Shown: piece after piece, positions 1-8,533 of the stretch
Layout of the letters: each line of letters begins with the position of its first letter
Position numbering within the stretch: the stretch's first letter is position 1
Source: a virus
Taxonomy: Duplodnaviria > Caudoviricetes
DNA length: 29,873 bases
Direction: 5' to 3' (one strand)
IMG/VR virus record: IMGVR_UViG_3300028145_000055
Coordinates: 1-29,873 of that record
The notes under the pieces: model-generated
The model's database searches: none
Seen by the model: the letters and a program-made list of their open reading frames with translations, nothing else
Told to the model about the DNA's origin: nothing
Position numbers and translations under genes: made by a program

Positions 1-315
1 AGCATTGCCGCAGGCATCTTCTTTGTGGCGATCGGCTACGCCTACCTCACCTACAACGTGGTGGATATCAAGGCTGTCCAGACTGATGCGCTAACCAAGA
101 CTGCAGCGGCCATCAAAGAGCAGGACGAGAAGCGCAACACGCTCGGCAAGCAGTTCCTCGACAGCAACGAGAAGATCGCGGCTGCTGTGACCACGCTCGC
201 CACGCAGATGGCGGTACAGCAGGAACGGCAGAAGTCGACCGACGAGAAGCTGGAGAAGGTTTTGACCCAGATCAGTTCTACTCTATCGCCACAGTCAGTC
301 GGGCCTCGCCGATAA
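1..315 (+). CDS. Membrane-anchored coiled-coil protein, 5'-truncated (holin/lysis-associated candidate)
   Basis: Frame is open from base 1 (SIAAGIFFVAIGYAYLTY, a hydrophobic helix), followed by a heptad-like helical region; strong GC3 codon bias. Confidence 0.6.
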   Translation, partial: SIAAGIFFVAIGYAYLTYNVVDIKAVQTDALTKTAAAIKEQDEKRNTLGKQFLDSNEKIAAAVTTLATQMAVQQERQKSTDEKLEKVLTQISSTLSPQSVGPRR

Positions 316-396
316 GTGCAATACCCCAGTTCGACGTCCATTGGTCTGGCGCTCATCGTGATGGGGTTTGTCCTGCTCGCGTGGTCGTTCCGGTGA
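316..396 (+). CDS. 26-aa single-pass membrane peptide (not in ORF track)
   Basis: GTG directly after the upstream TAA; MQYPSSTSIGLALIVMGFVLLAWSFR*; ends just before the promoter. Confidence 0.5.
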   Translation: MQYPSSTSIGLALIVMGFVLLAWSFR

Positions 397-411
397 CCTT
401 CACACGCCGCA

Positions 412-440
412 TTGACATTTTGACGCAAGACGTTGAAAAT
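412..440 (+). promoter_or_regulatory. Sigma70-type promoter for the head operon
   Basis: TTGACA (412-417), 17-nt spacer, GAAAAT (435-440), in intergenic DNA upstream of the scaffold gene. Confidence 0.6.
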
Positions 441-449
441 GCAGTCTTC

Positions 450-531
450 CGACTGGTGGCCGTAAGTCACCGCACCGCGTTGCTCCCGTAAGGAGCCCCA
501 CGACTGGCGGCCGTAAGCCCGCTGCAGGAGG
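450..531 (+). promoter_or_regulatory. Structured 5' leader: three hairpins with identical CGUAA loops, then the AGGAGG RBS
   Basis: GGTGGC-CGTAA-GTCACC (455-471), GCTCC-CGTAA-GGAGC (482-496), GGCGGC-CGTAA-GCCCGCT (506-523); 17-nt direct repeat CGACTGGYGGCCGTAAG at 450 and 501. Confidence 0.75.
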
Positions 532-537
532 AGTGAA

Positions 538-1317
538 ATGGCAGGCGAGGAAGACGATCTCCCGATTGAAGAAGGAACACCGAATGAAGGGCTCGAAACC
601 GAAGCGGATGCCGCAGATACCGATAGCGAAAACCCAGAAGATGGGGTCGATATTGAAGGGGCCGCCGAAGGTGACGGGGCGAGTGCTGGCGAAGGTCAGC
701 AAGTAGACGGCGAACCGGCGCGACGCCAACCTTCACGCGGCGAAGTCCGGTTCCAGAAGCTCTCGCAGACCGCCAAGGAGGCGACCGAGCGAGCGACACG
801 CGCCGAGAACGCAGCACGCGAATTGCAGGAGCGGATCGCTCGACTTGAGCGGCCCGCGCAGGCGGCACCACAGGGGCCAACTCCAGAGCAGATCGCTCTG
901 ATGACCCCAGACGAGCTTATCAACTACCGGCTCGGTGAGTCGGACAAGCGGTTCCAGCAGACGATAGGGCAGATCCGGTGGGAGACCTACGAGGCGAAAG
1001 ACATATCTGCCTTTGCATCGTTGAAGGCGACCGACCCGCTTGCCGCGAAGTACGCCGATGAAGTCGAGACGCGCCTTCAGCAGATGCGCGCGGCAGGACA
1101 GAACGTCGATCGTGAACGTCTTCTGACGTACATTATTGGCGAGAAGGCAAGGGCCGGAAGGAGCGTCGCGAAGCAGCGGCAGCAGGCACAGGGTCAGCAG
1201 CGCATCCAGCGCCAGACCGTGCGCCCCGGAGCGGCGAGAAGCGATACCGCGGGCAACCGCGGCAAGGTATCGGAGCAGGAGGCGCGCGATAAGCGCCTGG
1301 AGAACATAACTTTCTGA
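538..1317 (+). CDS. Capsid scaffolding protein
   Basis: Acidic disordered N-terminus, coiled-coil middle, basic C-terminus; directly upstream of the capsid gene; strong RBS. Confidence 0.75.
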   Translation: MAGEEDDLPIEEGTPNEGLETEADAADTDSENPEDGVDIEGAAEGDGASAGEGQQVDGEPARRQPSRGEVRFQKLSQTAKEATERATRAENAARELQERIARLERPAQAAPQGPTPEQIALMTPDELINYRLGESDKRFQQTIGQIRWETYEAKDISAFASLKATDPLAAKYADEVETRLQQMRAAGQNVDRERLLTYIIGEKARAGRSVAKQRQQAQGQQRIQRQTVRPGAARSDTAGNRGKVSEQEARDKRLENITF

Positions 1318-1339
1318 ACCTCGCCATGCGGCGTGGTTC
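1316..1339 (+). promoter_or_regulatory. Hairpin upstream of the capsid RBS (mRNA stabiliser/processing site candidate)
   Basis: GAACC-T-CGCC-ATGC-GGCG-T-GGTTC, followed by the AGGAG RBS. Confidence 0.4.
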
Positions 1340-1355
1340 GTTCTAGGAGCGAGAA

Positions 1356-2708
1356 ATGGCCACGAACGCAGCCTCTCAGTTTTCTTCGGATATTGAAAAC
1401 TACATCGCCGACAAGACCCTCCCTCTCGCTCGCCGCACCCTCGTCGCCTACCAGTTTGGCGACCCCGCCACGCTCCCCAAGGGGCGCGGCACGACCTACA
1501 CGGCGACGCGGTTCAACCGCATCCCGCTGCCGTTCTCGCCCCTGAGCGAAGGCGTCCCGCCGATCGGCGAGACGATGACCATCTCCCAGGTCAGCGCGAC
1601 CGCCCAGCAATGGGGCGATAAGGTTACGATCACTGACGTAGCCGAGCTCACCATCAAGCATCCGCTGGTGCAGAAGGCGCAGGAGCTGATCGGTCTGCAG
1701 ATCGGCGAAACGCTGGATCGCAACACCTTCAACAGCATTTTGGCCGGTACGACCCAGATCAACTACGTCAATACCCGCGGCTCGCGGGCATCCCTCGTCG
1801 CTGGCGACGTTCTCAACCCCCACGAGATCAACCGCGCAGTCGGCGCCCTGTCGACGATCGGCTCGCCCCGTTACATGGGCGACGAGCAGACCGATATCAA
1901 AGTCCAAGCTGACTCCGGCGGCGCCAAGGCGTCCAGCAACCCGCGCCAGATGGCGCACTATCCGTCCATTCTCCATCCGCTGGTCGTGCAGGATCTGCGC
2001 GAGAACTCCACCATCGTCACCGCCTGGTCCTACAGCGATATCAATCGGCTCTACAACGCCGAAGTGGGCGAGTGGGGCGGCGTGCGGTTCTGCTCCTCGA
2101 ACCTCGTGCCGACCTTCCTCGGTGCTACCGCGGTGCAAGGTGTAGCCTCCACGCAAGGCTCGCTGGCAACCGGTAACTATGTCATCCAGGTCACCGGCTC
2201 CGACACCCAGAATCAGTACGAGTCGGTTATTAGCGCCGTATCGAACGTGGTGGCGGTCGTCGGTCCGAACGGCTCGATCGACGTCACGCTGCCGAGCACG
2301 GCTGGCTTTACGTGGAACGTCTACCTCAGCGGTCTTGGCCTTACGAGCCTGCTCAATCTCGGCCTGACCACTTCCGGTCCGACCATCGGCCCGCAAGCCG
2401 GGCAGGCGACGCAGCTCACCGGCGGCACCACCGTTACGATCACCGGCCTAGGCACGGCCCAGACGCCTCCTGCGGTGCCTGGGGTTGGTATCACAGTCTA
2501 TCCGACCTTCATCTTCGGTCGGGGGAGTTATGCTCAGGTCAGTCTGGACGAGGTGAAGATCACGGCGTTGTTTGGTGCTGACAAGTCAGACCCTCTCAAC
2601 CAATTACGAGTAGTTGGTTGGAAGGTGTTTTACGGCACTTTGATAAGCAACGCCGCTTTTATGATGAGAATTGAAAGCACTAGCGCCTTCTCCTCATCCT
2701 TCGGGTAA
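1356..2708 (+). CDS. Major capsid protein, N4-gp56-like family, with an inserted beta-rich domain
   Basis: Motifs LSEGVPP, QWGDKVTITD, GEWGGVRF, DKSDPLNQLRVVGWK are typical of N4-gp56-family capsids. Confidence 0.9.
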   Translation: MATNAASQFSSDIENYIADKTLPLARRTLVAYQFGDPATLPKGRGTTYTATRFNRIPLPFSPLSEGVPPIGETMTISQVSATAQQWGDKVTITDVAELTIKHPLVQKAQELIGLQIGETLDRNTFNSILAGTTQINYVNTRGSRASLVAGDVLNPHEINRAVGALSTIGSPRYMGDEQTDIKVQADSGGAKASSNPRQMAHYPSILHPLVVQDLRENSTIVTAWSYSDINRLYNAEVGEWGGVRFCSSNLVPTFLGATAVQGVASTQGSLATGNYVIQVTGSDTQNQYESVISAVSNVVAVVGPNGSIDVTLPSTAGFTWNVYLSGLGLTSLLNLGLTTSGPTIGPQAGQATQLTGGTTVTITGLGTAQTPPAVPGVGITVYPTFIFGRGSYAQVSLDEVKITALFGADKSDPLNQLRVVGWKVFYGTLISNAAFMMRIESTSAFSSSFG

Positions 2709-3191
2709 GCCTGGAAAGTTTTTCAGGTAGTGTATCGCGGCTACTAAGAGGGTTTCGCTGTGCTTGAGCTGACCAATTCCTGTGTTGCAGCAAGAGCACA
2801 GCAACCCTCTTACGGTCGAGGTATCTCCGCAGTGATCGACGTGAAGCCGCGTACTTTTGCCTCCGGCTTCCGTCGTTTGGCATATGGCGCATTTGCCGCC
2901 CTGTGCGGCGAACATCGCATCATAAGTTCCGGCAGGAAGACCGAGGCGGCCTTTCAGCGCGGCATCTTTTTTCTTGTTTGGATTTCGACGATCCCAGTCT
3001 CGGTTGTACGCCGCATGTCGCTCCGGCTTTGCTTTGTGGTACTGCCGAACTTCTTCGATGTTGCATACCTTGCAGCGTCCTTGAAGCTTGTCGTGGGTCG
3101 TTTTATTGGGGTAGAATTCGGTGCGCAGTTTCACTGTCTGACAACGCGGGCAAAACTTGTGGGTCTCGGTGTTCAGCGGGTTTCGGCTCAT
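2694..3191 (-). CDS. Free-standing endonuclease VII-family (His-Me) homing endonuclease
   Basis: N-terminal CPRC...CKVC; QGGKCAIC...LHVDHC...VRGLLCSCCNTGIG signature; AGAAAGG RBS spacing favours ATG 3191 over 3200. Confidence 0.85.
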   Translation of the reverse strand: MSRNPLNTETHKFCPRCQTVKLRTEFYPNKTTHDKLQGRCKVCNIEEVRQYHKAKPERHAAYNRDWDRRNPNKKKDAALKGRLGLPAGTYDAMFAAQGGKCAICQTTEAGGKSTRLHVDHCGDTSTVRGLLCSCCNTGIGQLKHSETLLVAAIHYLKNFPGLPEG

Positions 3192-3243
3192 GTCAACCAT
3201 CCTTTCTATAGAGATGGTTTAGCAGCTACCGGAGCATAAGTCA

Positions 3244-3588
3244 ATGGCCCTTCTCACGTTAGGATCGAACGCCACCAACACGCTGTCGGCTCTACGCTTT
3301 GTTCAGAGCATGAACGCCGCGGACCTGGCAGCGCTCGCCGTCAGGATCCTCGACGATCGCTCCAACGACAGCGGGCAGCTTGCCCAGACCGCGCCCTCTG
3401 CCAAGCCGATCTGGCCTGGCGCGTTCAACTCGTCGGGGCAACTCTATGTCCCGAACCGGGGCGTGCTTCAGTGCCTCCCCGGCGATTATGTCGCTGTCGA
3501 TGCCAATGGCTGGCCGATCCTGTTGTCGGCCAACGCCATCGCTGGCGGCGCTGCTCCTTCCGCTGCAACCTCATGGACGCACACCTGA
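3244..3588 (+). CDS. Hypothetical virion protein (head decoration/cement candidate)
   Basis: 114 aa; position after the capsid gene; GGAG RBS; TGATG overlap with the next gene. Confidence 0.6.
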   Translation: MALLTLGSNATNTLSALRFVQSMNAADLAALAVRILDDRSNDSGQLAQTAPSAKPIWPGAFNSSGQLYVPNRGVLQCLPGDYVAVDANGWPILLSANAIAGGAAPSAATSWTHT

Positions 3589-4016
3589 TGGCTTCCTCCC
3601 GTCGTATTGATCGCTCCAAAGTCCCGCCCGAGATGCTCGCCAAGGCGCGCGAGCAGGCGCTACTCAAGCAGGCCCGCATCATGGCCGAGCAGGAGCTTGG
3701 CATCAGCAGCGAGGACGTCCCGGTGCAAAAGGGGCCGTTGAGCGATGAAGGCGATCTGGAGTCGGTCTATATCAATTTCGCTGACTACATCGACCGCATC
3801 ACGCTGGATGGCGTGACCTACATGCACGGCCGTACCTACGAACTGCCGAAGGCCAAGGCCGACGTCGTGCGCGAGCAGATGGCGCGGTCGTGGCGGCATC
3901 AGGCCGAGATCGAGGGCAAGGACAATCCCACGTTCTACCTCGAGCAACAGCAGCGCAACACCGCCATTCGCCTTTCGCCTAAGAAGGGCACTGCCCGCGT
4001 TCAACTTGCTTCCTAG
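3588..4016 (+). CDS. Hypothetical protein (142 aa, MASSRRIDRS...)
   Basis: ATG overlaps the upstream stop (TGATG); strong codon bias; the ORF-track start at 3471 is too long. Confidence 0.7.
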   Translation: MASSRRIDRSKVPPEMLAKAREQALLKQARIMAEQELGISSEDVPVQKGPLSDEGDLESVYINFADYIDRITLDGVTYMHGRTYELPKAKADVVREQMARSWRHQAEIEGKDNPTFYLEQQQRNTAIRLSPKKGTARVQLAS

Positions 4017-4027
4017 AAGGATCATAC

Positions 4028-4456
4028 ATGCCCGACGATACTCCTGCCGGCACTGCACCTGCGCTTGGCTTCTCCATCACCTTCAATATCCACGACCGAA
4101 GCCAGATCGTCGCCCAATCATTCGTTCCGTTCGAGGCTACCGACGACGATATCGACAAGGCGCTCGACAAGGTAATGCGGGCGCTGGACCGACAGGCGGC
4201 GAAATATCAGGTCAAGGACTTGCGGAAGAAACTGGAGTTTGAGGAGATCGCGCTCAAGAACCAGGTCGAGAAGGTGGCCGACTTCCAGAACGCGGCTGCG
4301 GCCGAGCACGCCAGCAGCGGGCGCCGCGGCGAGTTCAAGCTGAACAAGCAGCAAGAGGTCGGCTTGGAGAACCACCGCAAGACGATTGAGGGCATGAAGT
4401 ACAACGTCGAGCGGTACAGGGTGAATATCGCCGAGCTCGAGGCGATGATAAGGTGA
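4028..4456 (+). CDS. Hypothetical coiled-coil protein
   Basis: GAAGGA RBS, codon bias, helical heptads. Confidence 0.7.
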   Translation: MPDDTPAGTAPALGFSITFNIHDRSQIVAQSFVPFEATDDDIDKALDKVMRALDRQAAKYQVKDLRKKLEFEEIALKNQVEKVADFQNAAAAEHASSGRRGEFKLNKQQEVGLENHRKTIEGMKYNVERYRVNIAELEAMIR

Positions 4457-4462
4457 GGCAGG

Positions 4463-5218
4463 ATGGCGCAGACAGCGGCTCAAATCTGTTCGCTCGCGCG
4501 CCAGATCGCGAAGTGCCCTAACTACCTGACCCAATCGGGCCAGCTTCTCAATGTCATTCTCGAGGAGCTGGCGCAGGACTACGACTTCGAGGTCGCGCGC
4601 AAGACCGCGACCGGCAACTTCAACACCACGACGATCTCCGGTCCCGGCAACCAGTATATCCCAGGCACCGGGCCGAACGCGCTTCCGGCCGACTTTCTGC
4701 GCGCGGAACGCAACGAGATCATCTGGTATCTGAACGGCGTGCGCTATGTCCTGATTAACTTCGATCAGGCGCAGTTCGACATGCAGGTGCAGACACCGGG
4801 CTTCAGCTCCTACCCGGTGAATTACTACGTCGACATGGCCGATACGCCGGCCTCGCCGCCCAATTTCTACGTGTGGCCGCCGGCCTCGGGACAGTATCCG
4901 TGGACATGCCGCTACTTCCCGCAAAAGGCCGATATCGCCACACCGGAGACCAGCGCGGTTTCGCCGTGGTTTCCCAATCAGATGTACCTGATTACGCGGC
5001 TGGCCGGCGAGTTGATGCGGATCACCAACGACGACCGGGCATCGCTTTTTCTCGGGGACAACGAGGATCAGGGCGTGATCGGTGCGGGCGCCATCCTTCG
5101 CAAATACCTGCGGATGAAGGACAACCCGGAGGACCGGGTGAACACGGTCAAGCTCGATCGTCGCCGGTTCGGCAAGTCGTTCTACAATCTCCCGAACACC
5201 AAGCTGGTCGGCTGGTGA
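4463..5218 (+). CDS. Head-tail adaptor (tail tubular protein A-like)
   Basis: 251 aa; N-terminal helices, LPADFLR, YVWPP, beta middle and helical end typical of podovirus adaptors; synteny. Confidence 0.7.
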   Translation: MAQTAAQICSLARQIAKCPNYLTQSGQLLNVILEELAQDYDFEVARKTATGNFNTTTISGPGNQYIPGTGPNALPADFLRAERNEIIWYLNGVRYVLINFDQAQFDMQVQTPGFSSYPVNYYVDMADTPASPPNFYVWPPASGQYPWTCRYFPQKADIATPETSAVSPWFPNQMYLITRLAGELMRITNDDRASLFLGDNEDQGVIGAGAILRKYLRMKDNPEDRVNTVKLDRRRFGKSFYNLPNTKLVGW

Positions 5219-5221
5219 CCT

Positions 5222-6901
5222 GTGACACTTAGCCGCACCCAACCCTATCCGTTCTCGCCCGCGGGCGTCTCGGACGCGCTCGACTCGTCGAACGTGATGA
5301 AGGGCGCAATGGCGGCGCTGCAGAACCTGATCCCTTATCCGGGCACCAAAAACCTTTGGAGCTGCCGCCCGGCCGCGATCTCGCGAGTGGACTATTCGCT
5401 GATCGGCGGTCCGTTCTCGTCGGGCTTCTCCAGCGGCTTTCAGTTCGGCCTGCCGGGCGCGGGCTTCATCTCCTGCATCAAGGTGATCGGCAACGTCGTC
5501 TATGGCATGATCGCGTCGTCGGTCTTCGCCGGCCATGACTATCCGTTCGCGTTCAATCTGGTCACCAACACCAATCTGGCCATCACGGGCATCACGGCGG
5601 CGAATACGCCAGTCAGCCCGGCGAGCACAGGGGACTGGACGCCGCCGACGATGGACCTGATCGGCGTGCGCCTTGTCGTGACGCATCCGGGGTTCACCGG
5701 CGCTGGCAACGTCTTCTTCGGCTATTTCGATATCAGCGACCCGCTCAATCCGGTGTGGCACGGCGCCAATACGGCCGGCGCGGTGGTGCTGACGACGGTG
5801 CCTACCGCCGTCAAGCAGTTCGGCCAGCGTGCTTATTTTGCAATCAATCCAGCGACGGGGCAGCCCTCGATCGTGGCAAGCAACGTGCTCGACGCCCTGA
5901 CCGTGACCAATGCTGGGCAGGTGCTGACCTTCGGCGACAACGAGCAGCTCACCGCGCTTGGCGCATTGCCGCTGGACAACCAGCTCGGCGGCGTCATCCA
6001 GGCGCTGATTGTCTTCAAGGGCGTCTCCAACATCTTCCAGGTCACCGGCGACTTTGCGCTGACGGCCGGCTGGTCGATCAACTCGCTCAACGCCGCGACC
6101 GGCACGTTGTCGCCGCTCAGCGTGTGCTCGACGCCGCTTGGGCTTGCGTTCATCTCGCCGGAGGGGCTGCGCATCATCGACATGAACGCGCACGTCTCGC
6201 CGCCGATCGGCGACTCCGGCAAGGGCGTGACGTCGGCCTTCATCTACGCGCTTGAGCCTTCACGCACCTGCGCCGCGGCCAACGCCAACCTGATCCGCAT
6301 CTCGGTGAAGAACGGCGGTGTTGCTGGGACGCCGGTGCAGGAGTACTGGTATCACATCAACCGGGAGTGCTGGAGCGGGCCGCACACGTTCCCAGCATCC
6401 AGTATCCAGCCGTACCGCAACACGTTCATCGAGGCGGCCTACGGCGTCGATCACTTATTGTTTCAGAGCGATGCAGCGCTCTCGAGCACCAGCACGTTCG
6501 TCGAGAACGGCACGCAGATGGCGTTCGCCTGGCAAACCGCGATGCTGCCCGACACCCAGCAGATGTGCGAGAACAACGTGCTGGAGTCGACCATCAACAT
6601 GGCGCTCGCCGCCAACGTCTCGATGGGCATCTCGGCGCTCGACCAGAACGGCACGGTGCTCAACAGCACGGTCGTTACGCCCACCGGCGCGGCCACCCAA
6701 TGGGGCAATTTCCAGTGGGGGCAGGCACAGTGGCTGGGCGCCGCAAATGCGCTCTACCCGCAGGAGATACAGTGGTCGGAGCCGCTGGTGTTTCGCCGCC
6801 TCGCCTATCTGGTGACGGGGAGTTGCGCCAGCGGCATTTTGATTGGCGATATGTTCCTGCGCTATGAGCAACTGGGCTACCTGCAACAACCGGCGGCATG
6901 A
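5222..6901 (+). CDS. Tail nozzle / tail tubular protein B-like (beta-propeller)
   Basis: 559 aa beta-rich; LQNLIP near the N-terminus, GLAFISPEGLR; position after the adaptor. Confidence 0.7.
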   Translation: MTLSRTQPYPFSPAGVSDALDSSNVMKGAMAALQNLIPYPGTKNLWSCRPAAISRVDYSLIGGPFSSGFSSGFQFGLPGAGFISCIKVIGNVVYGMIASSVFAGHDYPFAFNLVTNTNLAITGITAANTPVSPASTGDWTPPTMDLIGVRLVVTHPGFTGAGNVFFGYFDISDPLNPVWHGANTAGAVVLTTVPTAVKQFGQRAYFAINPATGQPSIVASNVLDALTVTNAGQVLTFGDNEQLTALGALPLDNQLGGVIQALIVFKGVSNIFQVTGDFALTAGWSINSLNAATGTLSPLSVCSTPLGLAFISPEGLRIIDMNAHVSPPIGDSGKGVTSAFIYALEPSRTCAAANANLIRISVKNGGVAGTPVQEYWYHINRECWSGPHTFPASSIQPYRNTFIEAAYGVDHLLFQSDAALSSTSTFVENGTQMAFAWQTAMLPDTQQMCENNVLESTINMALAANVSMGISALDQNGTVLNSTVVTPTGAATQWGNFQWGQAQWLGAANALYPQEIQWSEPLVFRRLAYLVTGSCASGILIGDMFLRYEQLGYLQQPAA

Positions 6902-6902
6902 C

Positions 6903-8504
6903 ATGAAACGACTTCTCGCGGTGCTTCTGTTCTGTCTGCTGCCCTCGCTGGCGCAGGCGGCCACCTGCACGTCGTACCCGTTCACGCTGCAGAACAACAC
7001 GACCGCGGACGCCACGCAGGTCATGTCCAATTTCAACACGGTGCGCAACTGCGTCGTCAACAACGCGGCTGGCAGCGGCGTCAACTCGGATATCACGTCC
7101 ATCCTCGGTTTGACGGTTCCGCTCTCGCCTGCCCAAGGGGGCTCGTCGGTCTTCATTGGTGGCACGTCGACCGGCAGCGCCAACGCGCAGGTGGTGGCAG
7201 CAACCACGCCTGCCAATTTTTCTTTGACCTCTGGCTACCGGGTTACGTTCACGGTCGGCTTCACCAACAGCGGCGCCACGACGTTGAACATCAACTCGAC
7301 CGGCGCCACGGTAGTCAATCGCGTCGGTAACGCCGGTCTCGAGGTGCTGACGGGCGGCGAGCTGGTGGCCGGCAACATCGCAGAAGCCATCTACAACGGC
7401 TCAGTGCTGGTGCTGCTGACCAGCGACATGAGCGATATCGGGCAGCGCGTCAGCATAGGAGCAGCGGCCACTACCGATCTCGGCACGGTGGCGACTCACA
7501 ACGCAGCCATTACGGGCTCCGGCGCGACCATCACCTCGTTCGGCTCTACGGCGGTCTCCACCAATCCGATCTATCGCATCTCGTTCGCGGGTGCGAACAC
7601 GCTGACCCACAACGCAACGTCGTTGATTATCCCTGGTGCTGCCAACATCACGACCGCGCTAAACGATACCGCGGTTGTCGAGTATCTGGGCAGTGGCAAC
7701 TGGCAAGTCCTGAGCTACACCAGGGCGTCGGGCGCTCCGGTCATCCCGATCCTGCCGGTCCCTGGAGGCTACCGAAACCTGTCGGTGAAGGTTGCGACCA
7801 ACACGACAGTCGCGGTCGCTGCCGATTTTGTCACGCTCTACGACGGCACCAACACGGTGACCGTCGCGCAGAGCTCGACGGTCGACCTTGGCTCGGCCGG
7901 TGGCGTCAACAAGCTCGACACCGGCACGATCGCCATCGACAGTTGGTACGCGATCTGGGTGATCTACAACGGCACGACGGTTGGCGGCTTGGCGTCTCTC
8001 AGTGGCACGGCTCCGACAATGCCGGCTGGCTACACCTTCAAGGCGCGCGTGGGCTGGGTCCGCACCATTCATGCCACCGCGACGCTTTACGGCACTTGGC
8101 AGTTTAACCGCTCTGCCCAGTACGTGGTGGGCCTCGCCCAGACCAGCCTGATCCCCAATGTCGCCAACGGCGTGGCGGGCACGTTCTCGCAGACGTCGCC
8201 CACGCTCACGACCATCTCGCTCTCCAGCGTGGTGCCCACCACGGCCTCCAAAGTGAGCTTGTTCGTCTCCAACGGCTGGGCGACCGGGGGCACCGCGAAC
8301 GTGCTGGTGGCGCCGAACACGTCCTACGGCGGGGCCAACAGGGGGCCGCTAGGCTCGGCCGGTAACGCCTATCCCTTGTACCTCAACAACAACGTCTCGG
8401 TGGTGCAGAACGCGACATTTACTCTGGAGGCGGCTACGATCGCGTGGGCCTCGGACGCGGGCGGCGGCGCTGTCGGCGTGGCGGGGTGGGAGGATAACCT
8501 TTAA
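6903..8504 (+). CDS. Tail fibre with an N-terminal Sec-type signal peptide
   Basis: ATG 6903 follows the nozzle stop; MKRLLAVLLFCLLPSLAQA, then NNTTADATQVMSNF anchor-like motif; NSGATTLNIN and PTMPAGYTFKARVG fibre modules; T/G/A/S-rich. Confidence 0.8.
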   Translation: MKRLLAVLLFCLLPSLAQAATCTSYPFTLQNNTTADATQVMSNFNTVRNCVVNNAAGSGVNSDITSILGLTVPLSPAQGGSSVFIGGTSTGSANAQVVAATTPANFSLTSGYRVTFTVGFTNSGATTLNINSTGATVVNRVGNAGLEVLTGGELVAGNIAEAIYNGSVLVLLTSDMSDIGQRVSIGAAATTDLGTVATHNAAITGSGATITSFGSTAVSTNPIYRISFAGANTLTHNATSLIIPGAANITTALNDTAVVEYLGSGNWQVLSYTRASGAPVIPILPVPGGYRNLSVKVATNTTVAVAADFVTLYDGTNTVTVAQSSTVDLGSAGGVNKLDTGTIAIDSWYAIWVIYNGTTVGGLASLSGTAPTMPAGYTFKARVGWVRTIHATATLYGTWQFNRSAQYVVGLAQTSLIPNVANGVAGTFSQTSPTLTTISLSSVVPTTASKVSLFVSNGWATGGTANVLVAPNTSYGGANRGPLGSAGNAYPLYLNNNVSVVQNATFTLEAATIAWASDAGGGAVGVAGWEDNL

Positions 8505-8506
8505 GA

Positions 8507-8533
8507 CTGGCAGAACAACGATTTGTCTGCTAG
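8507..8533 (+). promoter_or_regulatory. Intergenic hairpin after the tail fibre gene
   Basis: CTGGCAG-A-ACAA-CGAT-TTGT-CTGCTAG; no U-tract; a second small hairpin GGGC...GCCC precedes the AGGAG RBS. Confidence 0.4.

Noticed and set aside
2694-3243. Group I intron interrupting the capsid gene
   Set aside because: The capsid ORF ends normally, the nuclease is antisense, and there is no room for intron core elements
4118-6193. 691-aa minus-strand ORF (also 1194-2396, 10932-12032 and similar)
   Set aside because: Antisense shadows of GC3-biased real genes; R/A/V-rich, with no motifs or RBS
6843-6902. ORF-track N-terminal extension of the tail fibre
   Set aside because: It overlaps the nozzle gene; ATG 6903 right after the nozzle stop is the natural coupled start. 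Similar over-extensions were trimmed at 3471, 9097, 19074, 20562, 22672, 24220, 26936 and 29586
6903-8504. Diversity-generating retroelement or invertible fibre cassette
   Set aside because: No reverse transcriptase, invertase or duplicated template repeat seen in the window
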